A stretch of DNA of 64,000 nucleotides from Pseudomonadales bacterium (GCA_020632265.1 JACKFW010000001.1:983272-1047271), one strand, 5' to 3'; shown: positions 48,621 through 57,624, counted from the stretch's first letter. Notes: generated from the letters alone by a model not told the origin. Made by a program: numbers and translations.

Positions 48621-49349
48621 TTAGTCCAGACTCAAGCCATTACGGTTGAGCCATCCTTTATGCTTCAGGTATTCTTGGTCATATTGTTTTACAAAATCCC
48701 AAAACTGTTTTGAATGATTCATGTGAACTAAATGTGACAATTCATGAATAATTACGTAATCAATGATACTAGTATCAAAATGTGCCAATCTCCAGTTGAA
48801 GTTCAAATTTTTCTGGCTTGAACAACTACCCCATCTAGTTTTTTGATTTTTTAACGTAATTTTATTAAAGCTTAAGTTCATGCTTTTTGCTAGCTCATGA
48901 GTTCTTTTGACAATATAATGACTAGCGGAGCTTTTTAAAAAATCATCAATCTTTTTTTTAAACTTTTTATTCAAATCAGTAACAACTTTTGCACTGCTTT
49001 TTTTCGGCATGGTAATTGGCATGGTAATCGGCATGGCAATTGGATTGAAAATAATTTTGTCTCCTCTCACATACACTCCCGACTTTTGATCTGCGGAATA
49101 AATAATTTTTTTCTGATATTTTTTTCCAAAAATGAAGGTAAATTGCTCTGAATCAAACTTTTTACTTTTTGAAGTTTTTTTAAGCGAATCCAAAATCCAT
49201 TGTTGATTTTTTTTGACAAAATGATCAATTATGAACTTAGGAACAAATTTTGGTGAGATCACAATTATTTTGCCATCCTGTTCAATTTTTAGTCTTAAAG
49301 ATTTTGAATTTTTATTGGTTTTATGAGTGTATTCAAATGGAATTATCAT
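48621..49349 (-). CDS. DUF45/YgjP-like (SprT-like) zinc metallopeptidase
   Basis: C-terminal IDYVIIHELSHLVHMNHSKQFW (HExxH...H); internal MPITMPITMP tandem repeat. Confidence 0.7.
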   Translation of the reverse strand: MIIPFEYTHKTNKNSKSLRLKIEQDGKIIVISPKFVPKFIIDHFVKKNQQWILDSLKKTSKSKKFDSEQFTFIFGKKYQKKIIYSADQKSGVYVRGDKIIFNPIAMPITMPITMPKKSSAKVVTDLNKKFKKKIDDFLKSSASHYIVKRTHELAKSMNLSFNKITLKNQKTRWGSCSSQKNLNFNWRLAHFDTSIIDYVIIHELSHLVHMNHSKQFWDFVKQYDQEYLKHKGWLNRNGLSLD

Positions 49350-50014
49350 TTTTGTATTAGATTTATAACTATATTAAGAAGATCAAATTGTATCAGAATA
49401 TTTTGAATATAGTTTGTTCCAACAATTAGAATTGTAGCAATAAATAAATCAATATTATGGGCAGTTGTTTCTTTAGTTTTTCCCAATCTAATTGCCATAA
49501 ATATGTTGATTAAAGTAGTTAGAGCAACAATTATCGCGGTTGCAATTAGAAAATTGACTTCGTCTCGTTTTATCCAATGCATACTTAGCTGGAATTCCAA
49601 GTCTTTTAAGTCAACTAAAACAAATTTAATTGATTCCCAAAATCCAATAAGTCCATGAACTGATAGCAACACCACAGCAATTTTATGCCACCAGTGAAAG
49701 AAGGCATGAGAAATTTTTTTAAGTTTAGTTTTTGAGTTTTTGGATATGGGTTCAATGATGGGTTTGACAAAACTTGATCCTGGCAGTGGCTGGTTAATTT
49801 GTGAAGTAGTTTGTGGCTGGTTAATTTGTGAAGTAGTTTGTGGCTGATTAATTTGAGGAGCAATTTGTGGCTGGTTAATTTGTGAAGTAGTTTGTGGCTG
49901 GTTAATTTGAGGAGTAATTTGTGGCTTAATAATAGAAGAAAAACCATGAGCTTTGGATACTGTATTTTTATTTTGATTAGGTTCTAGTTGAGTTGGGTTT
50001 TCTGCTAGGATCAT
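49346..50014 (-). CDS. Hypothetical membrane protein with N-terminal tandem octapeptide repeats (xxSQINQPQ)
   Basis: Six repeat units encoded by 24-bp tandem DNA repeats (about 49790-49935); C-terminal half has 3 TM helices. Confidence 0.45.
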   Translation of the reverse strand: MILAENPTQLEPNQNKNTVSKAHGFSSIIKPQITPQINQPQTTSQINQPQIAPQINQPQTTSQINQPQTTSQINQPLPGSSFVKPIIEPISKNSKTKLKKISHAFFHWWHKIAVVLLSVHGLIGFWESIKFVLVDLKDLEFQLSMHWIKRDEVNFLIATAIIVALTTLINIFMAIRLGKTKETTAHNIDLFIATILIVGTNYIQNILIQFDLLNIVINLIQK

Positions 50015-50173
50015 TAAATTATCTTATAAAAAATTTGCCTTGATATAAATAGGAAAAAAGCAAATTATCCAAATGAGGATTAGTATTAGCTGTGCTCTTA
50101 GTGTAAAATACATCTTGTAAGATATATTTTTTAAGATGTCTTTTAATATATGTCTTGTCAAAATATACAAAAT

Positions 50174-50258
50174 GCCGAAGTGGCGGAATTGGTATACGCG
50201 CACGGCTTAGAACCGTGTGGAGCAATCCTTGGAGGTTCAAGTCCTCTCTTCGGCACCA
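50174..50258 (+). tRNA. tRNA-Leu (anticodon TAG), long variable arm, CCA encoded
   Basis: GCCGAAGTGGCGGAATTGGTATACGCGCACGGCTTAGAACCGTGTGGAGCAATCCTTGGAGGTTCAAGTCCTCTCTTCGGCACCA; anticodon loop CTTAGAA; class II variable arm. Confidence 0.85.
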
Positions 50259-50260
50259 GT

Positions 50261-51073
50261 TTATAAGGGACTCTTGATATTTTTAAGTTTAGGATTAGTT
50301 ACTTTAGTATATATTTGCGTTGTTCTGATATTTTGGTGGCCCAATAACTCTTGCACATATCTTACGTCAGTTCCATTCTCTAGCAAATGCGTGGCAAAAG
50401 AGTGCCTTAGTGAATGAAAAGTGGCGATTTTTTTTATTCCTGAATCACGCAAGGCATTCTCGAAAACTTTTTGTGCCGTTCTTGTGGTTAGCTTTCCACC
50501 TCGTTCACTGGCAAAGACAGAATCGTCTCCTACCTTTCCTGCAGTTAAACTCCTCAAACTATCAGTCAAGCTTTCCGGTATGACGCTTATTCGGTCTTTT
50601 TGTCCTTTTGCTTGTTTGATGTGTACCACCAGTTCTTCAAGATCTAAATCTTGAACTTTTAGTGCAATAACTTCGCTTACTCTCAGTCCTGCACCATAAG
50701 CAAGTGATAACATAAGTTTATGTTTGGCATTCTTTACAGTTGTTAAAATTTTGTTTATCTCACTTCTGGATAAAACAATAGGTAAACTGTGTGGTTTTTT
50801 AGCTGATTGAATTTCAATTTTTTGTGAATTTTTTACAACATTGCGATAATAAAACTTAATAGCATTTAACAACAAATTTCTGCTTTGAGGTGAGATACGT
50901 TTTTTCTCACAGTGAAGTAGAAAATCTCTAATGTTTTCTTGATCAAGTTCTGTAAATTTATTGTTTTTGAAAGAAAAATACTTTCGTAAACTATAAAGGT
51001 AACTTTGTAAAGTTTTGGGACTGTAATTTTTAATTTTCAATTCACGTTTTGTTTTCTGAAGCTGTATTTGCAT
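50261..51073 (-). CDS. Tyrosine-type site-specific recombinase/integrase (XerD-like, 270 aa)
   Basis: Core-binding N-terminus (SPKTLQSY); catalytic box with R (LAYGAGLRVSE), HxxR (HSLRHSFAT) and terminal Y (IRTTQIYTKV). Confidence 0.85.
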   Translation of the reverse strand: MQIQLQKTKRELKIKNYSPKTLQSYLYSLRKYFSFKNNKFTELDQENIRDFLLHCEKKRISPQSRNLLLNAIKFYYRNVVKNSQKIEIQSAKKPHSLPIVLSRSEINKILTTVKNAKHKLMLSLAYGAGLRVSEVIALKVQDLDLEELVVHIKQAKGQKDRISVIPESLTDSLRSLTAGKVGDDSVFASERGGKLTTRTAQKVFENALRDSGIKKIATFHSLRHSFATHLLENGTDVRYVQELLGHQNIRTTQIYTKVTNPKLKNIKSPL

Positions 51074-51415
51074 AAGTTATTGAAAATGATTAAAATTGAT
51101 GTAGTTTTTGCAGATTTGAATTTATCATAACTTCGTATAACATACAAATTATTATTTAATTTATGAAAATATATCGTATAAAAATGAGTTAGGCAAAATT
51201 CGCTTCCAACGAGAGCTATTTAGTATTGAAAATATTACTATTCCTTGAACCCTTGCTTTTTATTATTGCACTTTTTCTTTCACCCAAATTTCGCCTCTTC
51301 TATGATAAAATAATAATGAAGTCGGCGAAACTTCTCATGCACGCAAACGTTATACGCCATAATAAAAAGCAATTTGATATAATTTTGGCAATAAATAAAA
51401 GGAGGTGTGAAAAAA

Positions 51416-51939
51416 TGATCGAGAAAAAACCATATAGTATATTAGAGGCACGAGAAACGTTAGATCCACAAAAAGGTAAAGATGCTTTAGCTAAAGCAAT
51501 GTTTCAGCTAATAAGCCTACATGAAGGTCGTATAGATAATCAATCTAAACAAGCATATGTTGAGGCTTGTATTGATGCTTTTGCTAATGGTGTGTACTTT
51601 GAAAAGTTTTGGCAATGTATAGGCCAGGCATTTTCAAATGGGCCAAAAGCATTCCACGAGATGGATTGGCAAAAAGCATTAAACCCTAGTCCCGACACAA
51701 GACCAAGTGAACCAGATTGGAATATTACCGATGATCGTTATGATGGAAATGCTAGAGAAGTATTACAAGTAGCCCTCTCTGAAACCAAAGCATCATTTAA
51801 AAATCTTAAGCCAGGTGATGAAAAAGAAGGCAATTTTTTTCAAAGTATTTTTAATTTAGGCAATTCTGCAATAGGGTTGTTTAGAGGAGGAATGAGTAAA
51901 GCTGAGATTTTATCATCCCTCACTGATCAAGATAAATAA
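51416..51939 (+). CDS. Hypothetical protein (island), 174 aa
   Basis: Start chosen at MIEKKPY, preceded by AAAGGAGGTG RBS. The track ORF extends to 51226. Confidence 0.45.
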
Positions 51940-52307
51940 TTGCCAAAATTATTAAGAACAAGGATAAATTGGCTTTTTATTACGTCCCCGCATACGCTGC
52001 GACCACGCTGCGCTCTTCGGGTCATATAACACGACATATACGGTTCGTCGGTCGCTAACGCTGCCTCACCCATATTTTTTGCCCTTTCTTTCTGATAAAA
52101 TAATAAGGAAGCGGGCAAAAAACATCGCATATGCAGGAACGTTGTCCGACATATTTTTCTGAAAATTTTTGCAAGAAGAATGTTGAAGGATTACAATAAA
52201 GGAAGAAATTTTGATTTTTATTATTTTATGAGGGGGATAAAGGGCGTTTTCACTTGTTCCGTTCCTTCACAATTGAAAAATTATTTATAAATTTAAAAGG
52301 ATAAATT

Positions 52308-53171
52308 ATGGAAAAACCAAAAATACCTGAAGAATTAATACAAAGGAAAATCCCTATTGACGTCTTTGACGCTTCGGTGATATCCCAAAGAGGTGAAATT
52401 GTTGATGTTACTTCATTAATTCCAGCTCGTGAAGGTGAAGATAGAGATTTATTTCAGAGCCAAGTGCAAAGAGTTTTTGACTGGGTTGCAGAAACAATGA
52501 ATTCTCCTGAATATGCTAAATTTGAAATTGAAATTGGAAATATGTTGGCAGAAGTCAAAGGTCAGCACTTCATTTTTGATATTGAAGGTGTTGTGATGAA
52601 TGATGTCCAAAATCAGGTAGATTCGTCTGAAAGAGTTTATCATGTGGTGCCTTGGATGCAACCGTTACTCAAGAAGCTAATTGAAAATGGTAATCAAGTA
52701 GGATTTTGGACTTCTGCAACAGCAGAAAGTTTAGAAAAGATGAGAAAAGCAATGAGTTCAGAATTGGCTGGACTACCAGCCATAAGTATTGAGGATTGGG
52801 GAAAAGTAGCATTAGCCTATAAAGCACAAAGACTCGGCCAGATGACTGACGAGCAGGTGATTGGAGTTATGCAATCAATCTATCCCACCGCAAGTTGGAA
52901 GACTTTTCAAGCTGGACTAGAGATATTTGATGAGGATATGATCGATAACTTCGACGACGACCCGATCTTTTTTTTGAGAGGAAGTAAATATCCACAACTT
53001 TTTATTCCTCCAGAAAACGGATTTTTTGTTGACGACAACAATATGTTTATTGAAAGTGCCAAGAGACATGGCTGGCCCAAACATAGAGCTATAAAAAGTA
53101 GCTATTTTCCCCAGAAAGGAGATGTTTTAAAAGTTGCTCAATATATAAAAGAAGGAATGGAACAGCAATAA
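52308..53171 (+). CDS. HAD-superfamily NT5C-like 5'(3')-deoxyribonucleotidase-like protein with D-x-E variant motif I
   Basis: HFIFDIEGVVMND (motif I-like), VGFWTSAT (motif II), FFVDDN (motif IV); preceded by AAAAGGA RBS. Confidence 0.45.
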   Translation: MEKPKIPEELIQRKIPIDVFDASVISQRGEIVDVTSLIPAREGEDRDLFQSQVQRVFDWVAETMNSPEYAKFEIEIGNMLAEVKGQHFIFDIEGVVMNDVQNQVDSSERVYHVVPWMQPLLKKLIENGNQVGFWTSATAESLEKMRKAMSSELAGLPAISIEDWGKVALAYKAQRLGQMTDEQVIGVMQSIYPTASWKTFQAGLEIFDEDMIDNFDDDPIFFLRGSKYPQLFIPPENGFFVDDNNMFIESAKRHGWPKHRAIKSSYFPQKGDVLKVAQYIKEGMEQQ

Positions 53172-53559
53172 GGAATTTTGGCTCAAAAAATTCACCCCTA
53201 ACCCCTCTTTTTTGAGCCAAAAAGGAAAAAATCAAAATTTCTTTTATAAAGAATCCTTCAACAAATATGGAGAAAAATTTTCAGAAAAATACGCTAAAGC
53301 CACGTTGCACTCTCGCTCCACTTCGTTCCGTTTTACTATGCGATTTATTCTTACGGAAAAAAACACGTAACAGAGATTATCTGGTTGGTAATTTTCAGTT
53401 TTAACCCAAATCTCACTTCTTGAGATTTCGTAAAATTGTGAGCGTTAGCCAACATTTATTTTGCTAATTAGATAGTGGTCCAAGACTGAAGTCACTGTTT
53501 TTATCCTCTCTTTGCGAAATTGTGTATCAGCAATTATAAAAAATGTAAATTGATAAAAA

Positions 53560-53605
53560 AAATCCACTCTTCATATATTTTTTGCATGAGGTGGATTTTT
53601 TTGTC
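53560..53605. terminator. Bidirectional terminator-like hairpin (AAAAAATCCAC-N23-GTGGATTTTTTT)
   Basis: 11-bp perfect inverted repeat flanked by A- and T-runs, between the convergent genes at 53171 and 53737. Confidence 0.45.
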
Positions 53606-53736
53606 TCAGAACGAAGTTCCCGGTGAGGAATAACCTTCTGAGGTAAATGTATAATAGCATTATATTATAAGATTGTCAAACAATAGCAAAATATATCAAA
53701 AATTTGTATCAAAATTTGAGCCTGATATTTAAATTT

Positions 53737-54585
53737 TTAGTTTGAAATTGAATATGTAGCCGATTCCAAAGCCGAATCTTTAGCCGATTCCAAAGCCGAA
53801 TCTTTAGCCGATTCCAAAGCCGAATCTGAAGCATCAACAAATTCCAACAAGTCTGCTTCTTCTTTATTCTTTATTCCAGATTTTCGGTCGTCATATCTCA
53901 TTTCAGCCATCCACTGATTGATTGAATCTGCCCAACTACCATTACTTGGCGGTGTATATTTTTTCATGATTTTATATGGCGTATCCAAACCTATGTCAAT
54001 ATAATTTTTTTTAAGTGTCTTCGCAGCTTGCTCAAAATTCGCTTCAAAACTGGAAAATTTTGTAACAGTTTGTCCGTATACTCCAAAGCCTAAACAATTA
54101 AATGATTCAATAATATTGCCGTTCTCGTCAGTAGGTTTAGGTGTTTTAACACACAAGTTGCTTTCTTGCATTGCAATAGCTGGTAAAAGTCGAAAATCTA
54201 AATTATATTTATCTGCAAGTTCAACGAAAAATTTGCCAAAGTATTCTTCTGGAACAAGTGGATGGTGTAAATTTCTAGTTTCGCCGTTGTATCTTTTTAA
54301 AAAGTTAGTGATAATTAGAGCTCTGGCATCTTCAGTTTCTACAATTGTTGTTGCCCCTAAAATTTCTTCGCTATTACCGTTTGCTTGACCAATAGAAATT
54401 GCAACATTTTCGTCATAACTATCATTTTCTAGATAAGCTACGATATTATCTTTGTAGAAAGAATAACCGGCAATTGTGGTTACAATTACCCCAGCAGACA
54501 ATAAAAACCAGGCAAAAACAAAGAATAATGATTTCATAAGTATTTTAAACAACAGTAGTATACCAAATATTGTGAACATTGACAT
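53737..54585 (-). CDS. Membrane-anchored protein with possible lysozyme-like/lytic-transglycosylase-like domain and C-terminal DSALESAK repeats
   Basis: N-terminal TM helices; LPAIAMQESN block reminiscent of the SLT-domain catalytic E-S region; three 24-bp tandem repeats at the 3' end (53758-53830). Confidence 0.35.
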   Translation of the reverse strand: MSMFTIFGILLLFKILMKSLFFVFAWFLLSAGVIVTTIAGYSFYKDNIVAYLENDSYDENVAISIGQANGNSEEILGATTIVETEDARALIITNFLKRYNGETRNLHHPLVPEEYFGKFFVELADKYNLDFRLLPAIAMQESNLCVKTPKPTDENGNIIESFNCLGFGVYGQTVTKFSSFEANFEQAAKTLKKNYIDIGLDTPYKIMKKYTPPSNGSWADSINQWMAEMRYDDRKSGIKNKEEADLLEFVDASDSALESAKDSALESAKDSALESATYSISN

Positions 54586-54617
54586 TTTGGTCTGGAAATG
54601 ATATCCTATAATATAGA

Positions 54618-55691
54618 ATGATAATAAAAAAATTGATGTTTTTAGCCAGTTTAATTTGCATAATGTTATTACACAGCGTGAGCGAAGTGAGTGCTTTTGA
54701 ATTCTCCAAGTTGGGTGTTCATATTTTAAATGTTTCTGAACTAAAAGACGCTAAAGATCTAGTTATACCTATATCAACTGATATTCTTGGGGTAAATTCT
54801 CAAGAAATATTACCCACTGTTTACGAAGATTGGAATTATGTGACAGTACCAATTACTTTTGACGATATTGAGGATCATAAAGAGTTGGATTGGCAACTAT
54901 TTTTTGATAATGCCAAAACTATGAAGGTTATACCAATTGTTAGATTAACTACAAAATATTCTTTAGAAGATAAAGCTTGGGTGGTTCCAAATAAAAAACA
55001 AATAATTACTCAGTTAGATTTTCTCTCAAAGCTAAATTGGCCTACTGAACAGCGAAACATTATAGTTTTTAATGAAGTTAACCATGCAGCAGAATGGGGA
55101 GGAAAAGTTAATCCACAAGAATACACACAAATTTTGAAATTTGTGAGCAATTGGGCTCACACCGAGGGAAAAAATTATGTAGTTTTACCTGCAGCTATGG
55201 ATTTAGCAGTTCCAAATTCCTCGATTTCATTTGAAGCCTTTAATTATTTAAATCAAATGTATGCAGAGGATCCAGAAATATTTTCGTATGTCGATATTTG
55301 GAATTCGCACTCATATCCTAATCCAGGATTTATTAGTTCTCCCACAAAATATGGCAAGAATTCCTTAAGAGGCTTTGAATATGAATTAGACTATTTGAAA
55401 GCAAAAACTGGTGAAGAATATAAGGTGATGATTACCGAAACAGGTTGGATGGAAACGAAGGCAACTTCAAGATGGTTGAGCTCTTATTATACTTATGCGA
55501 TGCAGCACATTTGGTCAGATGATAGAGTTGTGGCGGTAACTCCATTTTTGCTTAAGGGTGCTCCAGGACCTTTTGCAGGCTTTAGTTTTTATGATGAAAA
55601 TGATCAACCCACCAATCAGTTCCATGCTTTCAAAGCAGCATTACAAAAAATTTCCGAAATCGATTTTCCAAAAGTTAGTTATAAAAATTAA
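54618..55691 (+). CDS. Secreted clan GH-A (TIM-barrel) glycoside hydrolase-like protein
   Basis: Signal peptide; IVFNEVNHAAEWGG (acid/base NE) and MITETGW (nucleophile E) spaced as in GH-A families (GH5/GH1-like). Confidence 0.5.
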   Translation: MIIKKLMFLASLICIMLLHSVSEVSAFEFSKLGVHILNVSELKDAKDLVIPISTDILGVNSQEILPTVYEDWNYVTVPITFDDIEDHKELDWQLFFDNAKTMKVIPIVRLTTKYSLEDKAWVVPNKKQIITQLDFLSKLNWPTEQRNIIVFNEVNHAAEWGGKVNPQEYTQILKFVSNWAHTEGKNYVVLPAAMDLAVPNSSISFEAFNYLNQMYAEDPEIFSYVDIWNSHSYPNPGFISSPTKYGKNSLRGFEYELDYLKAKTGEEYKVMITETGWMETKATSRWLSSYYTYAMQHIWSDDRVVAVTPFLLKGAPGPFAGFSFYDENDQPTNQFHAFKAALQKISEIDFPKVSYKN

Positions 55692-56647
55692 AGGTTTGGG
55701 TCTGGGTTTTCTGCGACAACCTCTTTTGATTCAGCAACAACGGGTTCGGCATCTGCTTCTTCAACTCTTTCACTTGGTTCTTTTACAATAGGTATGGCCA
55801 ATGTTTCATCTTGGGTAGCATCTCCAACCGTTTCTTCTCCGCTAATCTCCGCAACACCAGCTTCTCCAGATTTAGTTTTTGTTTGATCGACATCACTGAG
55901 TCTAAGTAAGTGAACCTTGGTTTCTTCCATGACATCTAATAAAGTTCCTCCATCCGATCTTCCGTCTTCAATTTGAAGATTTGCAGTATTAAGATTAAGC
56001 CAAAGATAAATTGAGTTGTTGAGCTCACCTAAATATGCGTCAGAAACTGCCAAGGGATGTTTTCTTCTAAGTAACTTCATGGTTTCTCTACTATTGGTGA
56101 CAAGTGCTTCCCATTGTGGCGCAATTATTTGGATTTGTTGTAAATCTTTACTCACTTCATTGAAATTTTTTGATTTGGCTGCGAGCCTAAATTTATCAGT
56201 TATTCTTTGAATAAATTGAGGAAGTTCTTTAGTAATTAAAGTTGTAATACTATATAACAGCTCGGTTACCAGAGCCGCTTTCTCATCCTGCAGCGCTATT
56301 AAATCTTCAGTGGTTTCGTTACCACTGACTGCGTCGATTTTTTGATTTACTTCTTTAAGTTTTATTTTAAGCACATGCGCTTTGTCATTTCGATTGGGAA
56401 GAGTAAAGTTATCAAATTGATGTTCTCTTAAGAGCCCTGCTGCTACTGCCATACTATGCAACTTATCAACTTGTGCTGAATTTGCATTAATTAATTCTTG
56501 ATTTTTTGCCTCAATTTCTGGACCAGAAACTGCGTCCATGCCTCCGCCATCCATATTTGGTTGGCCAGCTTCACCAAGATCAAGACCTTTTTCTTCAAAT
56601 TCATTGTTTGGTATCAATCCTATTTTTTTATTTGATGGGTCGTTCAT
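55688..56647 (-). CDS. Hypothetical acidic coiled-coil protein
   Basis: 319-aa ORF; no recognisable domain; acidic low-complexity C-terminus. Confidence 0.4.
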   Translation of the reverse strand: MNDPSNKKIGLIPNNEFEEKGLDLGEAGQPNMDGGGMDAVSGPEIEAKNQELINANSAQVDKLHSMAVAAGLLREHQFDNFTLPNRNDKAHVLKIKLKEVNQKIDAVSGNETTEDLIALQDEKAALVTELLYSITTLITKELPQFIQRITDKFRLAAKSKNFNEVSKDLQQIQIIAPQWEALVTNSRETMKLLRRKHPLAVSDAYLGELNNSIYLWLNLNTANLQIEDGRSDGGTLLDVMEETKVHLLRLSDVDQTKTKSGEAGVAEISGEETVGDATQDETLAIPIVKEPSERVEEADAEPVVAESKEVVAENPDPNL

Positions 56648-56789
56648 AAAATTGTCCGTAATTAGATGTATTCCTTATATTTATTTTTCAATCGATCTAA
56701 AAATATTTTAACAAACTAAAATTAAGATTACATTTGTAACTCGCACTTTAAATGTATGAAAAAGTATGATAATTTTATTTTATCAGAAA

Positions 56790-57605
56790 ATGAAGACCAA
56801 AACGCGCCTTACTATCACTCTTTCCCAAGATTTATTATCTAGAGTAGATTCATTAATTGATGGTCATACTATTCGAAGCCGCTCTCATTCAATTGAAAAT
56901 TTGGTTAGACAAAGTTTATTAGCTAGTGTTGGTACAGCAGTTATTCTAGCCGGTGGTGATAGAAAAAACCAAGAAATCCCCTCTTTAAAAAAGATAGGCA
57001 ATCGCTATGTTCTTTCGATAATGATTGATCAACTAAAAATATTTGGAATTTCTCATATTGTAATTTGTGCTGGCGTTAATGAAGCCAAAATAAAAAGCGT
57101 CTTTGCTGATGGAGCTTCATATGGAGTTAAGATTGTTTACAGTAGTGAAAAAAACCCACTTGGTTCTGCGGGCACTATCAAAAATGCTGAGAAATTAATC
57201 GGCAACGGTTCTTTTTTGGTGATAAACGACAACACTCTCACCAACTTAAACCTCAATGATTTGTTTGAGTTTCATCTGGTGGAGGACTCAATCGCCACGA
57301 TATGTGTAAAACCAAGAATGAGTGAAGAAAAATATGGTCAGGCATTTTTGCATGGCAATAAAATTGTCAAATTTCTGGACAAATCCAAGCACGAAGGCAT
57401 CAGTATTGTTAATATTGGCATGTATGTTTTGAAACCTGAAGTTTTTGAGTTGATTGCAAAATATAAATATCTAAATTTAGAGACAGATATATTTCCAAAG
57501 TTGGCTCGAGAAAAAGAACTAAGCGCATTTGTTTTTCAAGGAAATTGGTTTGATGCCTCAAAAGATCAGTCATATAAGGAAGCTGTCGAGAATTGGAAAG
57601 ATTAA
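56790..57605 (+). CDS. Ribbon-helix-helix (NikR/CopG-like) DNA-binding domain fused to sugar-1-phosphate nucleotidyltransferase domain
   Basis: TRLTITLSQDLLSRVDSLIDGHTIRSRSHSIENLVRQSL matches the NikR-type RHH pattern (beta-strand, then helix-turn-helix with RS(E/H)xIRxxL). Downstream AVILAGGDRK...PLGSAGTI are NTP-transferase motifs. Start chosen at MKTKTRL; the track ORF starts at 56766. Confidence 0.6.
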   Translation: MKTKTRLTITLSQDLLSRVDSLIDGHTIRSRSHSIENLVRQSLLASVGTAVILAGGDRKNQEIPSLKKIGNRYVLSIMIDQLKIFGISHIVICAGVNEAKIKSVFADGASYGVKIVYSSEKNPLGSAGTIKNAEKLIGNGSFLVINDNTLTNLNLNDLFEFHLVEDSIATICVKPRMSEEKYGQAFLHGNKIVKFLDKSKHEGISIVNIGMYVLKPEVFELIAKYKYLNLETDIFPKLAREKELSAFVFQGNWFDASKDQSYKEAVENWKD

Positions 57606-57624
57606 TATTTGGAAAGGTCAACTT

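Larger units (their letters stand above)
50259..53700. mobile_element. Putative tRNA-Leu-associated integrative island (right boundary not defined)
   Basis: Integrase abuts the tRNA 3' end. The following 2.5 kb carries higher-GC segments, strong AGGAGG RBSs unlike neighbours, and two non-housekeeping ORFs. No convincing attR repeat found. Confidence 0.35.

Noticed and set aside
50019-50240. Minus-strand ORF 50019..50240
   Set aside because: Overlaps tRNA-Leu and its upstream flank; no coding signal.
51927-52130. Minus-strand 67-aa ORF over the GC-rich repeat segment
   Set aside because: Its open frame is most simply explained by the GC-rich repeat DNA. No RBS; left as noncoding.
53495-53515. 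Possible attR for the tRNA-Leu island (TCCTCTCTT shared with the tRNA 3' end)
   Set aside because: Only 9 contiguous matching nucleotides. Insufficient to call an attachment site.
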